Assembly (NCBI GenBank): GCA_965645245.1 | Contig: OZ287081.1 | Coordinates: forward strand, 1,302,001-1,366,000 | DNA length: 64,000 nt | Direction: 5' to 3' | Origin: Massalongia carnosa | Taxonomy: Eukaryota | The notes under the pieces: model-generated | Database searches by the model: none | Told to the model about the DNA's origin: nothing | What the model saw: only the letters and a program-made list of their open reading frames with translations | Position numbers and translations under genes: made by a program | Part shown: piece after piece, positions 37,958 to 49,353 of the stretch | Layout of the letters: each line of letters begins with the position of its first letter | Numbering within the stretch: position 1 is the stretch's first letter

Positions 37958-38940
37958 TCAAGCAAAGGTCGAGGGTCGATGAGCGGAGAAGAGCTTCTTG
38001 GTTGAGCTCTTGGCAACGCGATGAGGAAGAGGAAATTTGAGATCCTTGGTGAGCAGCTGCTTAATGTATGCGCGTTTAACATCCGAAGTCTTTTCGATTT
38101 CGACAACCTTAAGAATCTATAATATCCTCCCGTAAACCGTTGAACTGTCTAAGAATGACAGGGGTTTCTTACATGAATGGACCTGAACCGAGCTCTGTGT
38201 CTTGCGGCCATGTCCTGATAGAGCGCCTCCACCGCTTCCGTCCGTGACATCTCCCGGTATTCTTTATACATGTTGTGGGTGCCGGAGCGCGAATCGTATC
38301 GGATCCAAATTCCGAAGTTCTTAACTTTTTGGGGGCGCTTCTCGTGTATCTTGGATAGGTGCAAGTGTTAATTAAGGAGCATAAAGATATGCTGAGGGTT
38401 GAGTAGGGCTTGTCTCTTGTGAAAACGTAAAATATCTTAAAAGCTCATACCACATTGAGGCTAATAATCTCTCCGTTCGCCTTCTTAACCTTGCGAAGCT
38501 TCATCAAAAAGTACCAGAATCTCGATTTGGCAACAACGGTATTGGGTGCGAATATGCGCATGCGATAGAGCTTTGGTGTGGGGTTGGTCTCTGTTGGCAG
38601 ATGGCGCCCAATTACTTGGTATTCCGTAAGACGCCCTGAGAGGAAGGCTTCATCAGCTAATCTATAAATCAACGAACACACTGAGCCATAGGTTGCCCTC
38701 CGCGTTGAACTTCGATTTTGGGTCTATCGCCAGCGGAAGCTTTGCGCTGGTTCGTGTGAGCTCGTTGTGAGGATTGAGTAAAGCAGAACAGCGTGTCACG
38801 ATCCATTCCGCAGTAAAATCCCTCCACGGCGGCGATATTGTCAAAGGCTGGAGTTCAACATCTTATTCAAATGATAGGGCAGATGCCAGCAAGCTTGGCC
38901 TCAAATACAAAGCCAAAGATAAGAAAGATTGCTTACCCAT
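37958..38940 (-). CDS. RPL20: 60S ribosomal protein L20 (eL20/L18a)
   Basis: Exons 38937-38940 (ATGG), 38451-38635, 38173-38349 and 37958-38116. [16 protein letters not shown]...[22 protein letters not shown]...[23 protein letters not shown]...KFPLPHR. A 5'UTR intron lies at 38941-38986. Confidence 0.98.
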
Positions 38941-39254
38941 CTAGGCATGTTAGCATATTTACGCCAGTGGAAGATGATATACGTACCGTTGCGGTTATTG
39001 ATTGAGTTTAAGATTTTTCGATTTGTCGATATTCTGGATATTTTGTCATATGTGGAGGGTTTGCGTGCCCTTGATCTAAGCGAGACGCTAAATAACTAGC
39101 GCTTCTACTCTCGGCTGTGGCGGCCCTACAACCTCAACCTAATGGCTAAACCAATTGATCCAAATAGCATTGTTCTAGAAGGAAGCTTGGTGACAGAAAT
39201 GTCTTGAGAAGTGCCTCTCCAGCATGAATAGAGCCCAGGAAAGCAGCTGCTAAC

Positions 39255-41045
39255 ATGGACCGCTTGTTCAAAGACTTCAGGAAAGCTCATGTTATAGCAT
39301 CGGGACCCTTATTAGCAACTACGATTACCCCGTCTACTTTAAATCAGTTGCAAGCCTTTTACCATAGCTCTAGCGCAACCGCCATCAGTTCAGACATCCG
39401 ATCGGGAATGCTCGCTCATTCAAAAACGGATTTGCGCTTCACAAAACTTGAAGGAAATACGTGGGCGGAGTTATATGTGGCATACTGGAAAGCCGTTGGG
39501 GAAATACTGGAGGCGGAGAGCTCGGCGACCAAGGCGAATTGGCCTAGGGTCTACGAGGCATGGAAAGAGGTGGCGAACGTTCTGATTAGGGGGTACAGTA
39601 CCACTGGTTTTCAAGCATGGACGGTCCCCTGTCTCTATATTGCTGGGCAATATCTCCGCATCTTCGCGATCAAAGCAGATGAGAGTGCGAAGAGCTCCGC
39701 GCAAGATTCCAGTTTTGGCACGGTAGGGTTCCAGGACGATATTGTTGGGGAGTTTGGCCATCATGAAAGGTTGGAGGATGCGGCGAGGGTGCTGAATCGG
39801 ATGTTTACTCTGTGTATTAGTGATAGGTATGTAGAAATGGAATCGACCAGTATTCTTTCGCATGGCTGTGTTTGATTGAGGCCTTTGACTGAGTTGCATA
39901 TATAGGGCAGCAATTGAAGAGTCAAGGAAATGGGGCCTTTATTATATCACTAATCTTCTGTTCAAGACATACTTCAAGGTCGGTCATTGGTCTCTGCGCC
40001 TCTTGACAAAATGCTGAGAATTTCACAAAAGCTGAACAAGATCGGTCTCTCAAAAAATATCCTTCTTGCCCTGCAAGCTGGCCAAACAGACATGCCTCCC
40101 ACGGAATCATTCCCTAAATCCCATATTGTCACCTTCAAATACTACGTCGGAGTAATCCTCTTCCTCGACGACAACTACATCAAGGTACCGCACCACTCGT
40201 CTCCCCACCCTCCAGTCTAACTAACACTCAAATCTCTCTCTAGGCAGAAGAATACCTTACCGATGCTCTAAACCTCTGCCATAGAGACGCCTATAGAAAC
40301 AAAGAGTTCGTCCTACCCCTTCCATTATCTATCCACTAGCCACTCACCACCTCCTGTAATGACAGACTAATCCTCACCTACCTCGTCCCCACCCACCTCC
40401 TAACTACCCACACCCTCCCCACTCCCTGTCTCCTTCGCCCCTACCCCAGCCTCCTTGCTCTCTTCACCCCCTTGAGCGCCTCTATCCGCCGCGGCGACCT
40501 CGCCGCCTTCGACGCTGCCCTCGCAGCCGCCGAGGACGATTTCGTCCGCCGCCGCATCTACCTTACGCTCGAGCGCGGAAGGGATATTGCGTTAAGGAAT
40601 CTTTTCCGGAAGGTTTTCCTCGCGGGCGGGTTCGAGGAGACAAGAGAGGGGGGAGAGAGGATCCGAAGGACAAGAGTTCCGTTGCATGAGTTTGTTGCCG
40701 CTGTTAGGCTGGGGAGTAGTGGAGATGGGGGAAGGGTGGAGAACGATGAGGTGGAGTGTTTGTTGGCGAATATGATTTATAAGGTACAAGTCGCCCCCCC
40801 CCCTTTCATTCCACTTTCCCCGCCTTTCCCCCAATTTTTCTTCCCTTAGTTCATCCCTATCTGCAAAAATTGGCAAACTCGCCCGTCTCGAACGCTTCCT
40901 CCTAATCACAAATACCCATACCTTACACCTCAAACTAACCACCTTCTCCTCCTACCTCTAGAACCTGATGAAAGGCTACATCTCGCGCGAGAAAGGGTTC
41001 GTCGTTCTCAGCAAAAGCGGCGCTTTCCCAGGCACTGGTGTCTGA
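39255..41045 (+). CDS. CSN12: PCI-domain protein Csn12 (PCID2-like)
   Basis: Introns 39827-39905, 39979-40031, 40185-40243, 40306-40365 and 40784-40961. Motifs [52 protein letters not shown] and [30 protein letters not shown]. Confidence 0.93.
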
Positions 41046-42554
41046 AGCCCTGGTGCTTGAAGCCCTTCTTTCACTTCTCCTCAGATGTCATTTTTCTTGT
41101 TCTTTCTGGTCACGACTCATTCCCATGGATCTTCTCAACTTTCGCGTCCCGTTCGCGTCTCATTATCAACATCATAAAATCATCGAAATCCTAGCCATGG
41201 TAGGGAAACCTTAGCTACGGCAAGCTTTAGTTCGACTTAATTAACTAACTAATTGCGATGAGCGCAAAAAAGAGGAGTTGGGAGGCAGCAACCTGTTATC
41301 TATTAGTCCCTCCCAGGCAGTGGCTACGGATCTTCGTTCTACATCCATCCTGCAGCTAGGAATTTGGGCTAGGCGGGGCAAGAGTGGATTGGAAGCGTAC
41401 CTACCATCACATCCATCACATCATCGCTTTCCTTCCCTCCTCTCCCACCTCTTTCTACTTTATGTTCCTTCTTCATCCCTATCGTATCTTTCGCTATCAC
41501 TTACCTACTACCTAATCATTTCCACCGCCATCGCGCCATCCCCTTACCATTTCCCTTGTGAAAATTTACCATCTATCTATCTACGCTCCCCCTCCAATCC
41601 CCTTCACTCATACTTTCATGCTCTTCTTTCGGGCCCTATCTTCCCCCCCTCTCTTTCTCAGAGGGAAACAAACCCAGGCTCACATTGCGATTCTCTTAAC
41701 CACATATTATCTACATATCTATTCCACTATCTATCCATTCTACCCATCCATCCATCTCCCCATCCATTCACCATTCCCAGCCTGCAATACCCTTCTCGAA
41801 AACCCACCCTATCTCCATCCCCATCTCCAGCTACCTAATCTATCCACCCAGCCCCAGGCCTAGTCTCCAGTTGGCCAGTTGCTTGCCTCCCGTCAGAACA
41901 CGAAACAAAGACAATTTTAAAAAAAAATAGCCAGTACACTGCGTCGTCCTTCGGTCCGTTTTAAGGAGTCGGGATGAAGGGAGGGAGGTGCTTTTATCTC
42001 TTTATCCGTTTTCACCTCTCTTCTTCCCCCCTCCATTTCCGCTCTCCTTCCTACCATTTTGCAAGCTTTAGCTCTCCCTCCCCAACACATATATACATAT
42101 CACATACCCTACTCCCTACCTACTTATTAGAGAGCGCGTTCCATGCACCAATTCATTCCCTCGTCTATCTCTACGTAGGTCGCTACTCGGTTATTCGGGT
42201 GGTTGTTTAGGTGATTGATGAATGCGTGCTTGTGCTTGCTTACCTGCTTTCAAAGCTCCATACTACCCACTTACTCTAGCGGAGTACTTCCTACAGTATT
42301 CGTTTTTCTCCTCACTCACTCACCTACTCACTCCTCAATTCACTTATCCGCCTACTTTTCTCATGTTTCGACGCATTCTGTGCCATCTTCTTCCTCATCC
42401 GGTCGGTTTCCTGGTTTTTCGACCCCTCATCTCGCTTTTTCTGTTTTCCTTCATTGACTCATTCCTTGCTGGTCTTTCATCCCACATGCCTATTCCACCT
42501 ATCTATCCTCTCCTGCATCCTTCGTTCCTCCGTTCCTCCGTTCCTCCCTCCCTC

Positions 42555-42592
42555 CCCCCAACCCCCAACCCCCAACCCCCAACCCCCAACCC
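42555..42592. repeat. (C4-5AA)n simple repeat, G-quadruplex-capable on the minus strand
   Basis: CCCCCCAACCCCAACCCCCAACCCCCAACCCCCAACCC lies within a long pyrimidine-rich intergenic tract. Confidence 0.8.
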
Positions 42593-44288
42593 ATCCCGCC
42601 TACCTCCACCCACTCCCTCGTCTCGAGCTTACCTATCCTACCCACATTAATCCTAATTCCATAACCCTGTTCATCCACCCTACTCTCTAACCCCTACTCT
42701 GACCACACTCCCCACCACCCAGCCCTAACGCAAATCACGGGGTTCTTAGCCCTCCCTTTTCTTAGCGGCCAGGTACGTAGGTATCTAAGCACACGGGGGA
42801 GATATGCAGCTAGATACGTAAGTAAGATGAGAGGGTCTGATTCCGCACCAATCATACCGCTAACCAGCCTGGCTAACTGACAGATAGGCTGATATATATA
42901 CCAATAGGCAGACAGATAGGCAAACAGGCAGTAGATTTGCAGGGGTTGGGTTTTTTTTTTCTCCTCTAGCCTACCGTGCCCACCTGTCTGCCTGCTATGA
43001 CTACATATGTATGTTTGTACGCATCATGTGCTCTGTTATGCGGGAGGTATGTACATGAGCAATAACGAGCTGTGAGTCATACGTACATGTTTTCTCGGCT
43101 TTCCCAGATTAGCGATGCGGATTGATTGGATAGGTATGTTGATTGGGGAGATTTGGGGGAGCTAAGGGGGTTTGAAGGGGGTTTCACTTGGGTTGTTTGC
43201 GCTGCGAGAAATAATGATGTGTAATGTACAAAGTATCTGTATAGGTAGGTATTTATCGTTATTTTATCGAATTTATCTTAATCTGGCGACTTGGGATAAA
43301 CTAATGGCTAGATAAGGCTAGCTACTATTTTTTTGGTTTTGAAAAAGGGATTACTTAGGATTTGCCAGGACGGTGGTGGATGAGTGTTTAGGGTTGTCGT
43401 GGAATCGTGCCGTTGCGGATTGTGGGGTGTGGGGTTGTAAAGTGTTGGTTATATGGTTGATTATACGCAAGGGGGGAAAGGGGAAGGGGAAAAAAGGATT
43501 GATGGAGATGGGAAGAGGGAGAAAGGGGAAAATGAGATGGAAATGAAAATGATTCTACGAGTTGCCTAAACGGAGATTTGGGGATATTGGAGGGAAGCAT
43601 AAAAAGAGTCATGATAGGGAGATGAAAGGGCCGTTCTCTGAGTATTAGGGTTTTGCTGGTATTGCTATTGTGATGTGGACGATGGTGATGGTGGTGGTAA
43701 TGATGGTGGTAAAAGTTAGAGGACGAGGGAGAGGGACGATCGATTTCTACACCACTCGGGTACAAAGTAACTGGTCAGGGGAACCGGAACGGGAAATTTG
43801 AATCCTCAAGGCTTTCTCTGCTTGGGATTTCGGGGTTTCCTCTAGATGAGGATGATAGCTATCCTAAAAGCCACATCGGGCTTTGGCGCCTAGATAAGAT
43901 GGAGTGAAATGTCGGGAATCGGACGATGAGACTGGAAAAGAAAACAACGCATGATAATAGCTGATGAAGCCGAATCGCCTCCTCATGGACTTGTCCAAGG
44001 GAGGAAGACGAGCCCCTCACCCTCTCCTGCTCCGCAACGCTGGAAGGTGACGTAGAAAATGATGGGTTTCATCCAGTCCCACAGCGGGAACGCCGTAAAC
44101 GCCTGGTATCCCGATTTCCCCCCTAGATTGTGATACAAGCAACTCCCTTCGCAGTAGGAGACGGAAGGAAATAGATAGAGAACGAGGTGGTATAACACGT
44201 GTTGAATGACATAAAGGATAGCAAGATGGATCAGGAAAGTCGACGACGAGGCTCGACCAACGTTGATAAGCGTACAGAGAGGATGGAT

Positions 44289-45305
44289 CTAACGGGGAGA
44301 TTTTGTGATGGAGGCGATGTCGTCCTGAACCGGTCAGCAGTCGTCACCTGATTACTCAACGAGAGGGGTCACGGGAACTGACCATGTGATTACACATTGC
44401 AACGAATAGATCGAAGAACCTACGAGGCCCAAGAAATTGCGTCAGGTTTTATGACTCGATCAATAGCCATTCCTGTTTGGGAGATTGGAACTCACAGTTT
44501 CCCACCGCTCTCCATTTCCATTTGCATGGTGCCGCTTCGCTTGAAGGTCGACCTGCTACGGATAATCAAGGCCAAGTAGTGTGCCCGTAGCTTGGAATCA
44601 CTGTCAGGCGTGTTGGCGTACGCGTACCGAGCGCTGGCGAGGATGGTGTTGCACTGGATGCCCGACTGCAAGCCTTGTTTCTTCAGTGCCAGCTTTTTGA
44701 GCTCGTCCAATCCGTACCGTTCCGCAGTGCAGTAGATCACCGTATCCTTCAGCAACGCTTGTCCGACACCTTGGTGGTAGACAGTCGACTCTGCAGCCCC
44801 ATGGCCGCCGTTATTGTTGGCGTTACCTTCCAGCTCCGACACATTCCTCCGCTTGTTGTGGATAATGCGGGGGTAGTAGTCACCTTTGTACAAGTATTCC
44901 AGTACGGAGCTGAAGACTTCCGGGAGCTCTTCCGGTAGGTTGACTCGCTTCGCAGCGGATTCGAGAAACTGCCCACGGCAGATTGCAGCGAAGTAAGGAG
45001 ATCGAGAAAGGATGTCTTCATGCGCTGCAAAGAGTCGTTGTTCTGAACCCACACAGAGCGTGATGATTGGAGAAGTCAAGGTACTGGTTATGATAGATAT
45101 GATTCAGCAGGCAGATAGATTACGATCCGGTAGGAAAAGAACGCTCGTACCTCGCTGTAGCTGGACTTTCGGACTTCTTTGCCTTTTCCGGCTTTTTGGC
45201 AGCCGCAGTTTGTTCTCGGAATGACCTTTTCTGTCTGCTACTTGTAGATTTGGTGGCACGGTGCTTGGAGAAGCTCTCGGTATGATGAGAACGCCGGGCA
45301 AACAT
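44289..45305 (-). CDS. BTB/POZ domain protein
   Basis: Introns 45084-45150, 44420-44495 and 44325-44382. IITLCVGSEQRLFAAHEDILSRSPYF...VNLPEELPEVFSSVLEYLYKGDY...IYCTAERYGLDELKKLAL. Confidence 0.92.
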
Positions 45306-47804
45306 GATGAAGCGATGGACGAGGGTTCAGCACCAGGCTTGGCTTAAAGCACGAGAATGGAAAATGACAGTTAGTATAGCATTGAAAACTCGGCAGAAGC
45401 TCGAATAATGCTTCAGAACCAATGAGGCATCTATTGTAGCCTTAGAACACGACGCTGTACCGATGAGATGCGAGGGGAGCTGGCAATAATATATGATCGT
45501 CCGACGGATAGCACCAGGCTCCTGGGAGACGTGTAGACGCGAATCAGAGGGAACCACTTAAACGCCATATCAGGTGACTCTTAACTCATTTGCCTTGTCT
45601 GAGTCAAGCGGGACAAGGATCCAGGGTGCGGCAAAGCTGGCATCAGAGTTCCGAAGTCGAGAGCAGGCAAGGTCAAAGTGTTTTCACTCGATGGGCTTGT
45701 CGTGCCATGTGCAAGGCTTCGACTGCGGGGAAGAGCGAGCGACGTGCCGGCTGATTGCTATCAGACTTTTTTCTCTCGTTTTTTTCGTTTTTTTCGTTTT
45801 TTCCCTAGTTTTTTTTCAGTTTGTTCTTTCTTTCCGAAGACTAGCGTTGATCGCTTGACATGGGACCTGGGCCTTGGAGGGAACGGAGATCAGGAGCCAC
45901 ACATCTTAGTACCGAGTACCAAGTACGAAGTACGTACTCTGTATTGCATCGCTATAACATGTAAGTCCACCGACCAGAATTCCCACAAGAACACTCACAG
46001 ACTCTTAAATGCGCTTGCGTCGAGCATCTACTTATGACCTCTCCTAGCTGATGGCTGTGGGAGAGGAGGCTCGTGCATTTGGGCAAGTTTCTCTGTAACT
46101 GTAACAAACCGGATGAAGATCGACATGGAAAAACTCTGCAACTGCGCAGGGATCACGCTTCCTGTGGCACGCTATGGAAGACTACTCCTCTCCGGACAGA
46201 AGAAGTGACCGGGGATCTACCGAGGAAATTGGATCTAAGCCCTTAGCCAGGAACCGGTGAGCTTAACCTTGTCGCCTTCCCTGTCACCTTCCTTATCATA
46301 CGGTTTGCCAGGAACGGGGATCATCAATCACATGATTCGTCAACGTCAAGAAGAGCTCATAATCACTACGATTCCAGATAGATAAATACAGGTTTCTCAC
46401 ACCTCCATCTTATTCAAGCTTTGACAGTGGGAGGAAATAACAGTTTTCTCCCTCGGTCAATCCACAATAAAGCATTCGGAATACCTAGTGTTGGCTAAAG
46501 TAGGAAGAGTGCAGATGGAGTTGATAGTAGAGCTTCTAAGAGGAGACGTCGCTGCTTTGAGATGCTCCGAACTTCATCTACATCTGCCTCGTCCAACTTG
46601 GCTGCTCTTCGTGCTTATACTAGGTTGGTCGACTTGTTGAGTCTTCAAGCCAAATCGGTCTTGGCTTGGCGGTCGAGTTCTTTGGAGCCGTGGGAGTTCA
46701 TGATCGAGTATAGGTCATTGTGGCAAACGTCTTTGAACAGACGGTATATGTTTCCTGCTGGGAGGTGTGATGACAGGAGTCCTCGGATTTGGTAAGATTC
46801 GGCTTATTTTTACTCACGGAGCCAATTCACACAGTGTTCCTCGGGGTCGCCTGCATCCGACTTCCTACATTCGGCTCCAGGACAACTTAGAAAGTTACGC
46901 TTAGGAAACGGGAAAGGTGGGTAGCCATATACCTGGATAAGAAAACGAAGGAGTGGTGGAACGGAGAAGTTAGGCAGTTGGAAGGCCTAGAATCCAGAGA
47001 CCTAAAAACTTGGAGATTCGGAGAGCAAGAGAATCGAATACAAAAACACAACTGCATCGGGAAATTAGTCCGTCATGCTGTCATCTTGTCAAAGCAACGC
47101 TTCATTTTTTTCTCTAAATGCCTGCCTCTTGACTATCTAAAACGGGTCATGTTTTAATACGTTGCTACGAAACTATGTTTATGTGCTTATTGTCTTGTTC
47201 ACCTCTCCTACCTGATAAACCGGATGTGAATATATCCTATATCAATATTCTAGGCGATTCTTCTCCAAGGGAAGGATCTAATTTGGACCACTGCTTCAAA
47301 CTGACTGAGCATGCAATCTTAACGCAGTCAAAAAGTCCTTGTATTTCATCGAATCTCTAACCCATTGTCTTGTTGAGACGTAATCTGGACGACAAAGGGT
47401 TTTGCTTGCAAAATAAATACGATCATGAGATAAATATACCTAAGAAAGGAGCCACTGCTGTCATTCGCACCATTCTCAAACCAGAGACTTTTGTCAGGAA
47501 TAGGGGCCTGGAAGAGCACCGCCAGAGGTTAGGGATCTAAAAATGGTTGGATGGGAAGGAGATAATAGGAGGCTGTGGATGGGCAAATTTATGTGACTGA
47601 GTAACTAGGCAACGGTCGAGCTTGCGTCATCAGATTCTTCACGTTTATCTGATAGCAGACTATGTTCGTCCTGATTACTCTTCTCATATTGTAGAAATGC
47701 CCTTCAAACTACACGAACCAGAACTTCCAACGATCACGTGAATTTTCGAAGTGACAGGTTTTCTTTTCAGTTTGTATCACCGTCAACGAACCCCTAACAA
47801 CGGT

Positions 47805-49305
47805 TCCCATCCGCCCCCTCCGCCCCCACCTCTAACTCTTGCTCACATCCCACCATCTCCTCTCCCGTTCCCAGCGTACCCTCCGCCTACTAAACCACCA
47901 CCATCATCACCACCATCATCACCTCCCTCCTCCCAGCCCTCTTCCCAGCCCTCTACACGCTAAAATTCCTCTTCCCCATCCTCTTCCAGCACCAAAAAAA
48001 TCCTCCACACGCCCTCCCTCCCGCCCTTCGCCCGCGCCGACAAGATCGCCAAGTATGCCCGTCAGTGCGTGCCTGCGGTGTGGCAGGAGCGACGCATCGT
48101 GGCGGAAGATGGGGTGGAGCTTGCGTTGGCGGGTAGGGGGGGGGGAGAGGCAGGTGGGGCGATAAGCGAGGGATGAGGGGCAGCGGTGATTTATTTCCAG
48201 GGGCTCGTCGCCGCGCTTCTTGCTGTTGCTGTCTTTCTTTCGCTTGCCTCAAATAAAGAAGAAGAAGAAGAAGAAGAAGAAGAAGAAAATTCATCTCCTC
48301 CCTCTCAATCCAACCATCTTACCGCTTCTCTTACTTTTACCCCTCCCCCCCCCTTCCCTGGGGTCTCTATAACACAGGAACGGCTCCTCTCTTCCCCCCC
48401 CCCCGCTTCCCCTCCCTTCCTCTCCTCCGTCCTGAAACTCCTCCACCTGTCTTCCCTGCCCATCACCACTAACACGACCAACTCTCCCAAAACCCACACA
48501 ACCACCACCACTAATAAAATACACCCTCCTCGCTCTCTCCTACCGCGGCTACTGGACCTCCCGCGGCCGTCCCTTGCAGCCCGGCCTCCTCCCTCGACGC
48601 CGCCGCCGCCGCCGCCCTCTCCCACGCCCACGGGACCTACTTCTCCCCTTCCCACTCTCACCCTACGCAATTCGTGCTCTGGAGCCAAAGTCTTGGCGCG
48701 AGCGTCGCTCTCGGCGCAGCAGCAGCATCGCCCACTACTAAGAATCCCTCTCTCCCTCATCGTCTTCCCCCCACCAGCAATAGCAACACCAACAGCAGCA
48801 CCCCAAACCACTAGCTCTAGAAGCCGCCTCTGAAACACTGCCTCGCTTCGCAAGCCTGATCCTCGAAACGCCCTTCACCAGCGTCGCTGCCATGCTCGCA
48901 GAACTCTGCCCGCAGAAATGGCTGCCGTACCGCTACCTGGCGCCCTTTCTGCGCAGCCGGTAGGACAGCATGCGCGCTCTGCGGCAGCTTGCCTCGTCCT
49001 CTGCAGTTTCCCCGTTCACTTTGGCGGCACTTTCCTTGCCGTGGATCCTCATCCTTCAAGCCACTGGGGACGAGCTGGTGCCGCGGCAGCACGGCGTGGC
49101 GATGGAAGCGTTAAGAAAGGGATTGAGGCTGGAGGTGGGGAGGGTGGTGGCGTTGCATGTGGACGTTTTGGGGAAGGGGGCGGGGAGGGAGGCGGTGGTG
49201 CGGTTTTTGAGGGAGATTGAGAAGAGGGGGAATGGGTTGGTGTGGGGGAAAAATGGAACAGGGAGTAAGGGGAACGAGACAATATCTTTTGGGAGGCTGG
49301 AATAG
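47805..49305 (+). pseudogene. Disrupted Bem46/ABHD13-like alpha/beta hydrolase
   Basis: Motif blocks fall in shifting frames: ILHTPSLPPFAR, VIYFQG|NGSSLPP, LSYRGYWTSRGRP, FVLWSQSLGASVA, LILETPFTSV..ML...PQKWLPYRYL.PFL, DELVP and ALH. Several homopolymer frameshifts, TGA 48174-48176 and TAG 48961-48963. The start is not resolved. Confidence 0.75.
48258..48287. repeat. (GAA)10 microsatellite
   Basis: Ten GAA units inside the predicted intron of the hydrolase relic. Confidence 0.95.
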
Positions 49306-49353
49306 AGAATGTGAGTAAGTCAAAAAGTTTTTTCATATCTATACAAGTGGTAA

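Noticed and set aside
42555..42592. Telomeric repeat remnant
   Set aside because: The unit is C4-5AA, not the CCCTAA typical of filamentous ascomycetes; kept only as a simple repeat.
41278..43765. Several 80-190-aa Pro/Ser/His-rich ORFs
   Set aside because: They are by-products of pyrimidine-rich low-complexity sequence that lacks stops; no domain signal.
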